Both the position numbers and the translations under genes were made by a program. A stretch of DNA of 64,000 bases from Candidatus Hermodarchaeota archaeon (GTDB taxonomy: Archaea > Asgardarchaeota > Lokiarchaeia > Sigyniarchaeales > SOKP01), in NCBI GenBank assembly GCA_048885535.1, contig JBHLLO010000002.1:31081-95080 (forward strand), given 5' to 3'. The notes under the pieces were generated by a model. It made no database searches. It was not told where the DNA came from and worked only from the letters and a program-made list of their open reading frames with translations. Shown one piece after another: positions 51,114 through 60,516 of the stretch. Within the stretch, counting starts at the first letter, position 1. Each line of letters opens with the position of its first letter.

Positions 51114-51701
51114 TTAAGACTTCATTTTATATATTTCAATTTTTCTATTTATTTTCTTTTCCAATAAATCTAACTCTTCCAAGATAATTAGATCAGTCAG
51201 ATTGTCTTTTTCGTATAAGAAGATTATTTTATTTTCTGTCTTTGCAAATTTTTCAATTAGATTTAATAGATGTTCACTTCTTTTTTTAATATTTGATAAA
51301 GCTTCATCAGACAATGTGGGATTTAACTTCTTGTAATTTTCAACAAATAAAGGTCCACCAGTCACAATTAAATTCCGGGGATCTACTCCAAAATTTTTTA
51401 ATTTCTTTTTTAAATAACTTGCTGAAATTATAATTATATTTTCCTTTTTAATCAAGTCAGTTACGTCACTTTTTGATAAAATTTTATCTTTCTCTATTTC
51501 AAAAGAATTTAACAAATATTTATGAAAAAGGGGTTGAAGCTCTAAATTCAGCATTTTTAATAGATTTAAAAATTTTTTATTAAGTTTATCATCTAAGTCA
51601 TAATTTGGAGCAATTTTTCTGATTAAAATTTTAATATCAATTAAGCTATCAATAGCAGCTAGTATAGCTTTTACTTCTTCAGAAGTAATTTTATGTTTCA
51701 C
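51114..51701 (-). CDS. DUF2100-like hypothetical protein
   Basis: KKLKNFGVDPRNLIVTGGPL; TTG start. Confidence 0.65.
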   Translation of the reverse strand: MKHKITSEEVKAILAAIDSLIDIKILIRKIAPNYDLDDKLNKKFLNLLKMLNLELQPLFHKYLLNSFEIEKDKILSKSDVTDLIKKENIIIISASYLKKKLKNFGVDPRNLIVTGGPLFVENYKKLNPTLSDEALSNIKKRSEHLLNLIEKFAKTENKIIFLYEKDNLTDLIILEELDLLEKKINRKIEIYKMKS

Positions 51702-51843
51702 AATCTCTTTCTCTTTTAATTTTAATTATAATAATAATTATAAAATAAGAATTTTAATACTATTGTATTGAAATATATTTATAAGCTAAAAAGTAATTAA
51801 ATTAATTATTAGGGTTAAATTCTCATTAAAATTGAAATAGAGA

Positions 51844-52647
51844 ATGGCTAAGAATAAAAAAAAAACTTTCGGAATAAAAACAACTCGTTATTTTACGAAA
51901 ACATGTTCTAAGTGCAAACTTGAGTATCCTAATTGGTTTACTAATTGTCCGAAATGTGGAGTAGCATGGGATGAGACAGAAGCCGAAGGAATAGAAGAAA
52001 CAGGCGAGCTAAAAAAGAAAACTATTAAGATAGTTGTAAAAATAACTGAAGAGGATTTTGATAATAAATTAGAGCTAGTCAAACTGATTTTTAGTGCCGA
52101 TAATGGCAAATCATGGTACCAAATGAAAATGGAGAATAAACTAGATTATTTTATAGCCGAAATAACAGAAGTTCCGATCGGTTCGCTAGTAATTTATTAT
52201 ATCGAAGTAATCTTTGTAAATGGGGAAAAAGTGATTGAGAATAATGAAGGAAAATATTATCTTTATAATGTTGGTGCAACCTTAGAAAAACAAAATCAAG
52301 ATACTAGGATTCTGGAGGAACAGATTTCTCAATCTGGTAAAGAGGCTAAAGAGTATGCCGTAATTGGTGAGAATAGAGTCGAATCGTTAGAAATTACTGA
52401 TGTATCTAATGATTTAAAAATTGTTAAACCTGCCGAAAATTTGAGTAAAGAGACAATAAAGAAGAATTCCAATCTTTCATTTATTCAGCCTCCTATAAAA
52501 CCTATGGATTATAACATTAAAGATAGTTTAACAATATTTGGAAAACCTCAAACTCAAATCGATCCGGAATTAAAAATATGCTCCAGTTGTAATTCAAAAA
52601 TTAAAAAAATGTGGAGTACTTGTCCAATTTGTGGAAAGCCTATTTAA
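51844..52647 (+). CDS. Protein with N- and C-terminal zinc ribbons and a central beta-sandwich-like domain
   Basis: CSKC..CPKCG; FSADNGKSW..YYIEV..NNEGKYY; CSSC..CPICG. Confidence 0.8.
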   Translation: MAKNKKKTFGIKTTRYFTKTCSKCKLEYPNWFTNCPKCGVAWDETEAEGIEETGELKKKTIKIVVKITEEDFDNKLELVKLIFSADNGKSWYQMKMENKLDYFIAEITEVPIGSLVIYYIEVIFVNGEKVIENNEGKYYLYNVGATLEKQNQDTRILEEQISQSGKEAKEYAVIGENRVESLEITDVSNDLKIVKPAENLSKETIKKNSNLSFIQPPIKPMDYNIKDSLTIFGKPQTQIDPELKICSSCNSKIKKMWSTCPICGKPI

Positions 52648-52688
52648 ATAAGTCTATTTCAAGTAAATCGTTAAATTAAAACATAAAT

Positions 52689-54329
52689 TTATAGTTTACT
52701 TCCACATTTATTGCAAAATGCATAATCAGAAGATAAAACAGCCCCGCATTGTCTACAAACCAATAATTCTTGCGATTTTGAGGAAACCTTTTGTTTTTCG
52801 CCAGATGGAGGACTTATTGGCATAAAGCCGCTTGTTTGAGTTTCAGTGTCAGCAATATTTGGTATTATCCTTAATTTTGAAGTTTCTTCTGATTCAATTT
52901 TCTTTGTAGCAACAAAAGGTAGATTAAGAGTTCCTTTCTCATCTGTTGTTTCACTAGTCCGTTGAGTCAATGTTTGAAATAATGAAGTAGAACCTGATAT
53001 TTCTAGATACTCTTTTTTCTCTTTCTTCTTTTTTTCTTTTTTTTTCTTTTCCTTCTCTAACTTCTTCTTTTCTTTTTTCGATAAAATTGTTTGAGGCATA
53101 TAGTCTACGAGAGATTGACTACTTGATTCTATCGGTAGGGAGGTCGTTTCTTCTTTTGTTTGAAGCTCCTGACTTGGAGGTCTAAATGTCATTGAGGCTG
53201 GTTTAGGTTTAGTCGGTTCTTCTCTTTTTATCACTTGGAAAGGGGTTTTAGAGGGGATTTCTTCCTTTTGAGTTTTTGTTTTTTCAATAGATGGAAATCC
53301 TTCTGGAGGTTTGGTAGGCTCAGCTGTGAAAGGGGAGAAAGGGATATTTCTTGGTTTATAAGTTTCAGTTTCAGTTGTTTCAATTACTTTATCAAACTGA
53401 AATTCTTGTTTCGTTATCTCTGATTTCTCAGATAAAATTTCTTCAGGAGTTTTAAATTCAATTTCATTTTGCTCAGGTAAATTTATTTTAGGCACAATTT
53501 CGTCTTTAGTAGGGCTCGTTATTGATTTCATACTAGAAGGCTTAGGAACAGGAGGAGCAGCATAATCTGTCTCTGGTTGCCGCTTAATAGCAGGTACAGG
53601 CTCAGGAACAGGAGGAGCCGCATAATCTGTCTCTGGTTGCCGCTTAATAGTAGGTACAGGTTCAGGAACAGGAGGAGCACTATAATCAATCTGAGGTTCT
53701 GGTTCGACAGTTCTTCTAGCGGGTATAGGCACCGCTTCTTTTAAGGGGATATTTCCTGGACCAAAAACAGTTTCATTATTAATTAACTGTTCAGGGACTC
53801 CAGATCCAATCATAAGACATGCTAAGATATAAAAACAATCTCCTACACCATCACCGGTCTTAGCTGAGGTTTCCATGTAATATAGGTTAAAATCTCTAGT
53901 AAAGTTATTCACCTCTCTAAGGGACACAGCCCTTTGATCCATTAAATCGCTTTTATTGCCTACGAGTAAAAGAGGTATTTCAGCTTTAATATTAGCCCGA
54001 ACTTCTTCTATCCACTGAGGAAGATGCTCAAAACTAGAATAATTTGTAAGATCAAACACTAAAACTGCTCCTAAAGAACCTCGATAATACATGGGTCTGA
54101 TTGAACTAAATCTTTCCTGACCTCCGGTATCCCATAATTGCAATTTACATTTAATTAAACCTTCAGCCGTTTCAATAGAAATTGTCTTAACATGAAAATC
54201 TACCCCGATTGTCATCTTATAATCTTCAGTGTAAAATCCTTTTGAAAATCTAAGAGTTAATGCTGTCTTACCTACACCTCCATCTCCTACAACAATTGAT
54301 TTAAAAAGAAAATCATATTCTTCTGCCAT
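52689..54329 (-). CDS. Rab-like small GTPase with long Pro-rich disordered tail and C-terminal zinc ribbon
   Basis: GDGGVGKT, TIGVDF, WDTGGQERF, YYRGS, GNKSD, ETSAKTG; CRQC..CNKC. Confidence 0.92.
   Translation of the reverse strand: MAEEYDFLFKSIVVGDGGVGKTALTLRFSKGFYTEDYKMTIGVDFHVKTISIETAEGLIKCKLQLWDTGGQERFSSIRPMYYRGSLGAVLVFDLTNYSSFEHLPQWIEEVRANIKAEIPLLLVGNKSDLMDQRAVSLREVNNFTRDFNLYYMETSAKTGDGVGDCFYILACLMIGSGVPEQLINNETVFGPGNIPLKEAVPIPARRTVEPEPQIDYSAPPVPEPVPTIKRQPETDYAAPPVPEPVPAIKRQPETDYAAPPVPKPSSMKSITSPTKDEIVPKINLPEQNEIEFKTPEEILSEKSEITKQEFQFDKVIETTETETYKPRNIPFSPFTAEPTKPPEGFPSIEKTKTQKEEIPSKTPFQVIKREEPTKPKPASMTFRPPSQELQTKEETTSLPIESSSQSLVDYMPQTILSKKEKKKLEKEKKKKEKKKKEKKEYLEISGSTSLFQTLTQRTSETTDEKGTLNLPFVATKKIESEETSKLRIIPNIADTETQTSGFMPISPPSGEKQKVSSKSQELLVCRQCGAVLSSDYAFCNKCGSKL
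53538..53687. repeat. In-frame 60-bp tandem repeat (~2.5 copies; DYAAPPVPEPVPAIKRQPET)
   Basis: Lines starting at 53521, 53581 and 53641 are near-identical at 60-bp period. Confidence 0.92.
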
Positions 54330-54606
54330 TCAAGTCTACCATTATTAAAGTTTATATAAATTTTTATCAATTATTCAAGTTCTTTACTATTATATTAATT
54401 AATATAAATTTTCTTAATTATATTTTTGCTTAATTTTCTAAACATTAAATTTTTAAGTTCTTGAAATGATATAGTTAAATTAGAAGTTTGAAAAGTCAAG
54501 AAGGATTTTTAAATTCAAATATTTTGGTGTATGTTAAATGAAAGCCTTTCTAAACACTAAGATGATTATCGTTTTTTATGAATTAATTTAAAGATTTCAT
54601 TAATTT

Positions 54607-55479
54607 TTATAATTCCTTATCAAAGTCTACATTATTGAGCCATTGAGTAATTTCATTAAGATCATCACTTGGAAACTCATAAGAGTGTACTAAATCAGGA
54701 TAAATGTTTTGGTTCACTTCTTTCTTATAGAGTTCTAATGCATTTCTAATAGATTTTCCAATATCTCCAAAATATTTAAGAAATTTTGGTTTAATTTCAG
54801 TAAAAATGCCCAACATATCGTGAATTACTAGTATTTGACCATCACAATAACTTCCCGCTCCAATACCTATAGTTGGGATTTTTAATTGGCTAGTTATTAA
54901 TTTTGCTATTTGCCATGGTATACTCTCCAACACTATAGAAAAGACCCCTGTTTTTTCTAAGTTTACAGCATCTAAAATCAACTTTTTTGCGGCATCTACA
55001 GTTTTTCCTTGAACTAAAAATCCCCCAAATTGATATATTGCTTGGGGAGTCAAACCGATATGTCCCATGACTTGAATATCGGCATCAATCATTCTTTTTA
55101 TTGTTGGACATATTTCAGTACCTCCTTCCACTTTAACAGCCTCAGCGCCGCCCTCTTGTATAAATCTTCCAGCGTTTTTTACTGCTTCAGTTTTATTCAC
55201 TTTATAGGATAAGAAAGGCATGTCCCCAACAATTAGAGCATTTTTGACTGCCTTACTCACTGCTTTTGTATGGTGAATCATCTCATCCATAGTTACTGAA
55301 AGCGTATTTTTATAACCCAGTACTACCATTGCGAGTGAATCTCCAACAAGTACTAAGTCTATACCGGATTCATCTACAATTTTTGCAAAAGAATAATCAT
55401 AAGAAGTTATTGTTACAATCTTTTCCCCGTTCTTCTTCTTTTCAATTAATTTTTTTGCTGTGACTTTCTGTAATGACAT
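54607..55479 (-). CDS. panB: 3-methyl-2-oxobutanoate hydroxymethyltransferase
   Basis: LVGDSL, DMPFLSY, VKVEGG, GHIGLTPQ, IGIGAG..CDGQILV. Confidence 0.97.
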   Translation of the reverse strand: MSLQKVTAKKLIEKKKNGEKIVTITSYDYSFAKIVDESGIDLVLVGDSLAMVVLGYKNTLSVTMDEMIHHTKAVSKAVKNALIVGDMPFLSYKVNKTEAVKNAGRFIQEGGAEAVKVEGGTEICPTIKRMIDADIQVMGHIGLTPQAIYQFGGFLVQGKTVDAAKKLILDAVNLEKTGVFSIVLESIPWQIAKLITSQLKIPTIGIGAGSYCDGQILVIHDMLGIFTEIKPKFLKYFGDIGKSIRNALELYKKEVNQNIYPDLVHSYEFPSDDLNEITQWLNNVDFDKEL

Positions 55480-55568
55480 ATGTTCAAATAACTAGGACAT
55501 TTTGATAAATTTTTTGAAAAAAACACATTTTAAATTAATTTTTTATATTCATCATTATTGTAATCGAG

Positions 55569-55641
55569 AGCCAGAGGGGAGATTTGAACTCCCGTTAACA
55601 ACTCTGCAGGCTGTCGCTCAACCAATCTAAGCGACTCTGGC
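55569..55641 (-). tRNA. tRNA-Cys(GCA)
   Basis: GCCAGAG/CTCTGGC-T (U73), ACAGC-CTGCAGA-GTTGT, GGGAG-TTCAAAT-CTCCC. Confidence 0.95.
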
Positions 55642-55823
55642 GAAAACATTCAAATTTCTAAGATAGGACTTCCCCAAAGTAAAAAGAAGGGAGGGATTTA
55701 ACTTTTTACTCTAGTCCATATATTTGTGTATGAATCGTTGTAAATTATAGTTTTCTCAAATTCTTAGATCTCAATAACATTTTTTAATGCAGTATACATT
55801 AAATAACTCTGATATATAACAAT

Positions 55824-56858
55824 GTGATGTTTATGGACCCTAAATTTATTGATTATGATTCATTAGGCTTTGATTTTATACCAACTAAAACGATGTTTGT
55901 ATCAGATTATAAGGATGGTAAATGGGATACAGGAAAACTAGTTCCTTTTGGTAATTTTGAAATCTCACCAGCAGCTTGCATATTAAATTACGGGCAAGGA
56001 ATTTTCGAAGGAATGAAAGCTTTAAGAACAAAAAGTGGAGAGATAGTTCTGTTTAGACCCGGATTAAATGCCATAAGATTCAATAAGAGTGCTGATAGAA
56101 TGCTAATGCCAAATTATAATCCTGATGATTTCATTAAAAATATCAAAGAAGTAGTAAAAGCAAATGAAGAATATATACCTCCTTATAATAGTGGAGGAGC
56201 CTTATATATTCGTCCCTTAATGATCGGAAATGGTCCAATAGTCGGAGTAAAACCTGCAAAAGAATATAAACTCATTATTTTTGTCACACCTGTTGGACCA
56301 TATTTCCCTGAGGGATTCCAAGGTATTGATTTAGAAATTACTAAAAAATACACTAGGGCGGCTCCTGGAGGGACAGGTGCTGCTAAAACCTGTTGTAATT
56401 ATGCAGGATCCATGTTACCAGCAAAAGAAACTAAAGAAAAAGGTTATGCACAAGTGATTTTCCTTGATGCGGTCCATACAGAATATATTGATGAAGTTGG
56501 TACAGCAAATTTCTTTACTGTAATCAATGGGACGTTAATAACCCCTAGCTTAAGTGGAACAATATTACCAGGGATTATAAGAAGATCGATTCTAGAGCTA
56601 ACTAACAGAAAATTAGGATTGAAAACTGAAGAGAGAGATATTTCGTATAAAGAACTGTTCGAAGATTCCTGTTCCGAAGCTTTTTGTACGGGAACGGCGG
56701 CAGTTATTACTCCAATAAAGTCTGTAGTTATAGAAGACAAAAAAAGGATTTTTAGTGAAGGAAAACCAGGCGAAATTACAAGAAAGCTGTATGAATTATT
56801 GATTAGTATACAGAGATTAGATATTGAAGATGAATATGGATGGATTGTTAAAGTCTAA
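55824..56858 (+). CDS. ilvE: Branched-chain amino acid aminotransferase
   Basis: YGQGIFEGMKA, LYIRP, GGTGAAK..NY, ILPGIIR, EAFCTGTAAVITP. Confidence 0.95.
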   Translation: MMFMDPKFIDYDSLGFDFIPTKTMFVSDYKDGKWDTGKLVPFGNFEISPAACILNYGQGIFEGMKALRTKSGEIVLFRPGLNAIRFNKSADRMLMPNYNPDDFIKNIKEVVKANEEYIPPYNSGGALYIRPLMIGNGPIVGVKPAKEYKLIIFVTPVGPYFPEGFQGIDLEITKKYTRAAPGGTGAAKTCCNYAGSMLPAKETKEKGYAQVIFLDAVHTEYIDEVGTANFFTVINGTLITPSLSGTILPGIIRRSILELTNRKLGLKTEERDISYKELFEDSCSEAFCTGTAAVITPIKSVVIEDKKRIFSEGKPGEITRKLYELLISIQRLDIEDEYGWIVKV

Positions 56859-56928
56859 AAAAAATCAAAGAATATTTTCTCTTTTTTCATCCAAATGGTG
56901 GATTTTTAAAGATGTCAGTTAAGTGAAA

Positions 56929-57438
56929 CTATTGATTTAACTTCATAATTAACAATTTAAATGCTTGATTTATATTAAATCCTGTTTTAGATGAAATCTT
57001 CAAATATTCAATTATATTTTTATTAAAAAGCATAAAATTTGACATATATTCATCTAATGAAGAACAGGTTTCAGCATCAATTAGGTCATATTTAGTACCT
57101 AAAATTATAATAGGGATATTTCCTAATTCTTTTAATTTATTTGTCCAACTGTAAACTCCCTCGATTGTATTAATTCTTGTAAGATCAAAAAGGACAAATG
57201 CAGCGATGGAGCCTTCTACAAAATCATCTAGGATTTCCTTAAATTGTGATTGACCTGCGAGATCCCATAATATAAAATTAAATTCTGTTCCATTAACATG
57301 CATTATCTTTGAATAAAAGTCGACACCTCTAGTCAACTCATTACTATCATTAAAGAAGTCATAGACTAATCTATTTAAAAAGGAAGTTTTCCCAACACCT
57401 CCATCTCCAGACACTACAATTTTAACCGTTTTTTTCAT
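56929..57438 (-). CDS. Rab-like small GTPase
   Basis: GDGGVGKTS, TRGVDF, WDLAGQ, variant G4 GTKYD, ISSKTG. Confidence 0.9.
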   Translation of the reverse strand: MKKTVKIVVSGDGGVGKTSFLNRLVYDFFNDSNELTRGVDFYSKIMHVNGTEFNFILWDLAGQSQFKEILDDFVEGSIAAFVLFDLTRINTIEGVYSWTNKLKELGNIPIIILGTKYDLIDAETCSSLDEYMSNFMLFNKNIIEYLKISSKTGFNINQAFKLLIMKLNQ

Positions 57439-57530
57439 CTTAATGTAATCTATGTAATTTTGGATATAAAAAGTTCGATTAGAAGATAGAGTGTGTAATA
57501 TTAGTACAAAAGATATTTTTAATTTGAATC

Positions 57531-57992
57531 TTAAAGTAATTTTTCTAAATGTCTAGAAAAAGTTTTAAATTGGCGAACATCCCTATTCCAATGTTGAACG
57601 GTATTATCATACATATCAGCAAACATTTTTGAAATATCCTTTATTAGATTCATGATTTTCTGAGAGCTATAAGGATGTTGATTTTGAAATCTGAATATGA
57701 ATAAAAAATTGCTTGTTTTTTTAAAGTATAATTTACTATTTGAAAATTTAATATAATTAATATTTTCTGCAAACACTTCTAATGCTAGCATGGAAATTGC
57801 AGATAAGAAGCCACATATTAAATTATTAGGGAACTGTATCTTTCTATTTTCTTCAAAGTTCTTCTCAAAAATGCAAATCCCAGAAGTTCTTTCAATTATC
57901 CATAAGTTTTGTATTAAGTTGGGACTTTTATCATCTAAATTTAATAGTTCAACTGTCATAATATGGTTGATTGAGAATTTTACCTTTAACAT
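57531..57992 (-). CDS. Longin-like domain protein
   Basis: IQNLWIIERTSGICIF...LICGFLSAI...WNRDVRQFKTF; true start may be the later ATG (MTVELL). Confidence 0.75.
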   Translation of the reverse strand: MLKVKFSINHIMTVELLNLDDKSPNLIQNLWIIERTSGICIFEKNFEENRKIQFPNNLICGFLSAISMLALEVFAENINYIKFSNSKLYFKKTSNFLFIFRFQNQHPYSSQKIMNLIKDISKMFADMYDNTVQHWNRDVRQFKTFSRHLEKLL

Positions 57993-58137
57993 ATTTTTAT
58001 AACATTATAAAATTAGGAGAGTAAAATATTTATGATTTTTAAAGGGAACAAATTTGCATAGTTTTTTATAGAAGTAAGAGAAATCAATATTAGCAAGAAT
58101 AAAAGCGACAAAAGTATAAAATAAGGTAATTTAATAG

Positions 58138-58566
58138 ATGGTTGATAAAAATTTAGCAATTGAAATTAAAGAAATGTATGATAAAAGGAAGGTAGGTGAA
58201 AAACCAGAAAACTTACTCAAAATTTATGAATTTGTAAAGCAACTATCTTTCGAGAATGAAGAATTGAAAGAGGAGTTAGAAGATATTAATGAATTTTCTG
58301 CTCAAATTATAATTAGTGATCCAGAATTTAAATGTTGGGTTAAGTTAGGTGGGGGAAATTTCGATTATGGGAAAGGCGAAATAAATAATTCTTCATATAC
58401 CTTATCCTGTAAACAAGAAATCATGGGTGGGATGATGCAAGGAGATATTGATTCCGCAAGTGCTTATATGGCGGGAGATATTACTATAGAAGGAAATCTT
58501 CAAGATGCTATGGCTTATGGTGAATTCCTAAGGCTAGCAATGGAAATATCAAGAGATTTAGAATAG
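58138..58566 (+). CDS. SCP2 (sterol carrier protein-2-like) lipid-binding protein
   Basis: GDIDSASAYMAGDITIEGNL. Confidence 0.88.
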   Translation: MVDKNLAIEIKEMYDKRKVGEKPENLLKIYEFVKQLSFENEELKEELEDINEFSAQIIISDPEFKCWVKLGGGNFDYGKGEINNSSYTLSCKQEIMGGMMQGDIDSASAYMAGDITIEGNLQDAMAYGEFLRLAMEISRDLE

Positions 58567-58605
58567 GGAGTACAATTACTTACTTTATATAACTAAAAAT
58601 TGGAA

Positions 58606-59051
58606 TTAAATTGATTCAGTTCCAACAACTTTAATAAGATTCCTTCTTTCCTCTTCAGTTTTAGTGAAGACATCAATATTTCCGATCTTCACATTCTTTA
58701 AACCAATGCTTTTAAGCCCTTTAAAAGTTTCCACAATTTCTGATAGTTTAGGAGGATGATAGTTGATTAATTCGTATTGTGGAAATAAAGCCAGAATGTG
58801 AAATGGTATATTTTCATCTAATTCAACAATTATTTGAGCAATTTTTCAAATTAGTCCACTTCAATTAAATCAGGGATATATACAGTTAGAACTTCTAGGA
58901 GAAATTCCCTTTTTAAAATTTCTTTTGGGCTACTAAGTACAGTTTTATTTTGAGTACCACACAATTTCTTATACAAATTCTCATCATAAGCTTTGATGTC
59001 AAGCCAAAAAGAATCCAATCCTGCTTTTTGGAACAGATTTTTAAGGGCCAT
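58606..59051 (-). pseudogene. Decayed radical SAM (PFL-activase-like) gene: 5'-truncated, nonsense codon and frameshift
   Basis: AGLDSFWLDIKA..LTVYIP, then TAA at 58851-58853, then a shifted frame continues IAQIIVELDENIPFHILALFPQY...GLKNVKIGN to TAA at 58606; no CxxxCxxC N-terminus. Confidence 0.85.
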
Positions 59052-59082
59052 ATCTGTATTAAATCTATAGATAATTTCTGTT

Positions 59083-59562
59083 TTAAATCAAATTTTGACT
59101 AATAGCATAATTTAATAAACTTTTACTTTTTTCTGGAAAAAGTTTTGATAGAACTTTTGCCGCAGTTTTTCTCACTTCAAGATTATCATCAGAAATTAAA
59201 CAATTTTCGAGTATATTATATGCTTTTTCACTACAAAGGTTAAGAAGTTCAAAAGCAGTTAAGCTATGTATACGATCATCAACACTAGTACTAGATTCAA
59301 TGAAAAAGTTAAGCATCTTTAGTGCTTCTGATTTATTTAATTCTTTTTTCAACACATAATCATAAATTTTAGCTACTGTTAATTTTTGGTCTATAAAATC
59401 TAAGGCATCTTCATAAAATATTTCCTGAGATTTAATGGTTAGATCAAACGAACAGGAATGATTTTCCGGTATTCTGTGATTATTACAAAATACAAGACCA
59501 CAATTTCTACATCTATAGGGGATTCCTTTAATAATGGCTTTACAAAAAAAGCATTTTGTCAA
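59083..59562 (-). CDS. AN1-type zinc finger + HEAT repeat protein
   Basis: CFFC..PYRCRNCGLVFCNNHRIPENHSC; LISDDNLEVRKTAAKVL. Confidence 0.88.
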   Translation of the reverse strand: MTKCFFCKAIIKGIPYRCRNCGLVFCNNHRIPENHSCSFDLTIKSQEIFYEDALDFIDQKLTVAKIYDYVLKKELNKSEALKMLNFFIESSTSVDDRIHSLTAFELLNLCSEKAYNILENCLISDDNLEVRKTAAKVLSKLFPEKSKSLLNYAISQNLI

Positions 59563-59702
59563 AATTATATAACGTCTGCGTTTTAAATTTTTTCTAATTT
59601 AAAATAAGATCCTAACATTATAACTTTATTTTAATTTAATAATAACAAGAAATTCCTAATTTTAATAACAATATTAATTTTGAAAGGTATATGAAATAAT
59701 TT

Positions 59703-60488
59703 ATGAAAGTTGGTTATGTTCAAAACTCTCCAATTTTTGGAGAGAAGAATAAAAATTTTGAGCAAGTTGAAGATCTATTAGGGCATAAGAAAGCAAATTT
59801 AATCGTCTTCCCTGAGCTCTTTGCTACTGGCTATACCTTCACTTCTAAAAGGGAAGTTCATGAGTTAGCAGAGGATAAAAATGGGGAAACTACAGATTTT
59901 TTAAAAAACCTCTCTAAAAAGACAGAATCTATAATAGTTGCTGGCTTTTTAGAAAAACATGAAAATCAAATTTTTAATTCTGCAGTAATGGTTTCTGGAA
60001 ATGAAGTTAATGGAATTTATCGGAAAATACATCTTTATTACAAGGAAAAATTATGGTGTTCCTCTGGAAATCTACCTTTACGCGTTTTTGAAATAGAAGG
60101 TACAAAAATTGGTATGATGATTTGCTTTGATTGGATTTTTCCAGAAACAATGCGAACACTTTCCCTTCTTGGGGCAGAGATAATAGCCCATCCTGCAAAT
60201 TTAGTGCTTCCATATTGCCAAAAAGCAATGATTATCCGATGTTTAGAGAATAGAGTTTATGCTATTACATCCAATCGTATAGGTCAAGAAATAAGAGGAG
60301 TTGATAGTTTTAAATTTACAGGAGAAAGCCAGATTACTTCATTTGAAGGAAAAATTCTTTCAAGTGCACCACATGATATATCTTTTGTAGACTTTGTTGA
60401 TATTGAGGTAAAAAGTGCAAGAAATAAAAAGATGAATGAATATAATGATTTATTTAAGGACCGCAGAATAGATTTTTATAGTTTATAA
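59703..60488 (+). CDS. Carbon-nitrogen hydrolase (nitrilase superfamily)
   Basis: FPEL, YRKIHL, ICFDWIFPE (E-K-C triad). Confidence 0.93.
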   Translation: MKVGYVQNSPIFGEKNKNFEQVEDLLGHKKANLIVFPELFATGYTFTSKREVHELAEDKNGETTDFLKNLSKKTESIIVAGFLEKHENQIFNSAVMVSGNEVNGIYRKIHLYYKEKLWCSSGNLPLRVFEIEGTKIGMMICFDWIFPETMRTLSLLGAEIIAHPANLVLPYCQKAMIIRCLENRVYAITSNRIGQEIRGVDSFKFTGESQITSFEGKILSSAPHDISFVDFVDIEVKSARNKKMNEYNDLFKDRRIDFYSL

Positions 60489-60516
60489 TATTAAACTGGT
60501 TTTTTCTAATTCCAAG

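Noticed and set aside
53538-53687. CRISPR-like periodic repeat
   Set aside because: Whole 60-bp units repeat without unique spacers, lie in frame inside a CDS, and no cas genes are present
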